This document shows positions 49,841 through 52,151 of a stretch of 52,151 bases of DNA, piece by piece (position 1 is the first letter of the stretch; the number at the start of each line of letters is the position of its first letter). The stretch lies in NCBI RefSeq assembly GCF_001194135.2, contig NC_068992.1:29911640-29963790 (forward strand). The letters are read 5' to 3'. The translations under genes were made by a program, and so were the position numbers. A model generated the notes under the pieces. The model saw only the letters and a program-made list of their open reading frames with translations, did not search any database and was not told the origin of the DNA. This DNA is from Octopus bimaculoides (lineage: Eukaryota).

Positions 49841-50327
49841 ATACTCCGACAGATAGGCCTGTTAATCAGGAGAGATTTGTGCAATTTTCCACTAATATAC
49901 ATCGGTGAGGATTTTATTTCCTTTTTAACGTATTTACATTTCTGTTCGACTGTTTCACATGATTGCATTCATTAAAACTTCAGAAGGTCTTACAATTTTG
50001 GTCGACGTAATGCTTTGCTTTCACTTGTTTAATGAAAATTCCTCCTTCTAATGATTTTGATTTCATTTCGTGATAGACAACTCTCATGCAGAAAATGCTA
50101 GCTTCCAAGTACTGTTTTCTGATTAGATAAAGTTGATTAAACATTAAAACTCAATAACATTTTTCAGCAACTGTTATAGAACAAATAAATAACAAAATCG
50201 GATTGATCATGGAAATTAATAAGAATATAGCAAATTTGGAAATTTTGTTGTAGTTTTAAAATCTCAGAGTATGTGACAGCAACAGAGAAGACCTTACAAA
50301 AGTAGACAGACAGACAGATATAGGACG

Positions 50328-50365
<38 letters not shown>

Positions 50366-50433
50366 TTATAAAAGCACACGCCGGTAATCACGAGTTTAAA
50401 TTGGTGTATAGTAGACATATGTATGTATATACG

Positions 50434-50482
<49 letters not shown>

Positions 50483-52114
50483 GCGTGTGTGTGTGTGTGC
50501 GGGACTGTATGAGTGTTTCCTTTCGTTGAACCGCAGAAAATCACTTACTCCTCACACACACCTATCTGTGTTTTTATGTGTGTGGTATTAACTATGTATT
50601 TAAGAAAGTATGTGGCGAGCGTCGCTGTAGTAACATGTAGTAAACGCTGTAGTAACATAATATCCCATTGCTATCTTTGTTCTCGCCTTCACTGATATAA
50701 GGTATCCTCTCTGCATTACTACCTTTCTCTCAGACTAACAATTTTTGCAACCTTCTCATTTGATCACATGATTCGCCCAATGCCCCTGCGGGGCACCTTA
50801 TTACATTATTGATTTTTATTGAAATTCAATTAGCCTATTATTAAACTGGATGTTAGTGCGACATGCATGTAAATTCTCGTGAATATTGCTTCGCTTGTTT
50901 AGCCACACAGATGGCAACAGAAAGAAATTGGCATTGATATATATATATATATATATATAATAAGTATATGATTTAATATATCAAACAAAGTTTAGCAGAT
51001 TCATTCCTATTTATGTAATGCAGGAGATTAGATGCTAAAATAGATTATAGTTATATTTTCCATGTTGCTATACAATTTGTTTCGTACAGAGAGTCTCAGA
51101 TATTCAGAAACGGAAAGTCGTAATAGTCATATCTGTACTCGTCAGTAGCTTATATAAAAACTAAAAAAGACGTTTGGAGTATATAATTTTTTTCTTACTT
51201 GTCATTTTGGGATTAGTATATTCGTCCTTGCAGTCATATCAATTTGGATCAAGACTAAAAAATATGTATATTAACTGGATGCTAATACATGTAATATCAG
51301 AAACTGAAATTCTCTCTATGAAATCCGATATGTGACTAATTTAGAATCCCTAAATGAATTTTATTACTGGGCAGGTTGTATTTGTATGTACTTTGAGTAA
51401 TACTAGGTAAGGAAGTATATGAATTTTCAAATACAAATTTAGTTTTTACTTAACCCTCAGTTCTCCATTTGACTTTAGATATTTTTAAAAGAATTGTTGC
51501 TTAGCGATAGTATTAAAGAATAATTTCTCATTTATAAAATTAAGTATTTATTGTAAATAATAGGTCTAATATTCATTGACAAATATAAGTGCTATATTTC
51601 GTAGTTAATTATCTAGGCACAGATAGATACATTTAAGACGATTTAGAAATATATACTACATGGATAAGGCATAAAAACGGGGATTATTTACGATATAAAC
51701 TTATAAATAATCAGTTATAGAGCCATTTGGAATATAAGAAAAGTTTTTCTTTAATGGATGTCAAAACAGTTGTCTTTTCTAGTTTTCATATCAGCTTCTG
51801 ACGACTACAAATATGACTTTTACGATTATTTATGAATATCTGAGTCGTTCTGTACAAAACAAATTGCATAGCAACATGGAAAATAAAAACTATAATCCAA
51901 TTTAACATATAATCTTCTCCATTACATAAATTTGGATTTGTTGAACTTTGTTTAATAAGTTAAACCATGTACTGACTATTTCTATACAAGCTTTCATACA
52001 TTTACGAATTTATATAAGAAAATTCAAAAGTAAAGTATGGAAATAATTCGAATTAAAAAATATGCATAAAAAAATATATAATACATATGTGTGTGAACGC
52101 GTGTATGTGTGTGC

Positions 52115-52151
<37 letters not shown>

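Noticed and set aside
50781-50795. GC hairpin TGCCCC-TGC-GGGGCA
   Set aside because: Isolated 6-bp stem with no associated element end or U-tract. Bacterial-type terminators are irrelevant here.
51090-51119. 30-nt exon-like unit after TTTGTTTCGTACAG
   Set aside because: The donor (GTC|GTAATA) is weak, several phases are open, and there is no homology.

Overview
AT-rich eukaryotic DNA from a draft assembly, with ten N-gaps that mostly sit in (TA)n runs. The repeat content looks like an octopod cephalopod (Octopus-type tRNA-derived SINEs; this rests on recognition, not a database search). No complete host gene can be read, and the long ORFs in the track are gap or microsatellite artefacts. The window is a graveyard of mobile DNA. 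It holds two decayed Penelope-like retroelements (PLEs) of different lineages (1120-2460 minus, 32945-34451 plus), R4/Dong-type LINE remnants (1-302, 5011-5237), an RTE-like LINE relic, two DD37D (maT) Tc1/mariner transposons with TIRs, Helitron-like remnants, four SINE families and dense microsatellites. The most notable signal is a set of minimal type-I hammerhead ribozyme motifs with palindromic helix III. One is near-intact and has a U4C core (381-455, minus, downstream of PLE-1). One is decayed and lies inside an inverted repeat upstream of PLE-2 (32471-32528). One is a relic in a short solo element (47690-47724). Two of the three are preceded by an antisense segment able to mask the ribozyme. 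A few isolated candidate host exons exist, including a possible ATG-only first exon (15111-15134, minus) and a nicotinic-receptor-M4-like exon (48978), but none is secure.
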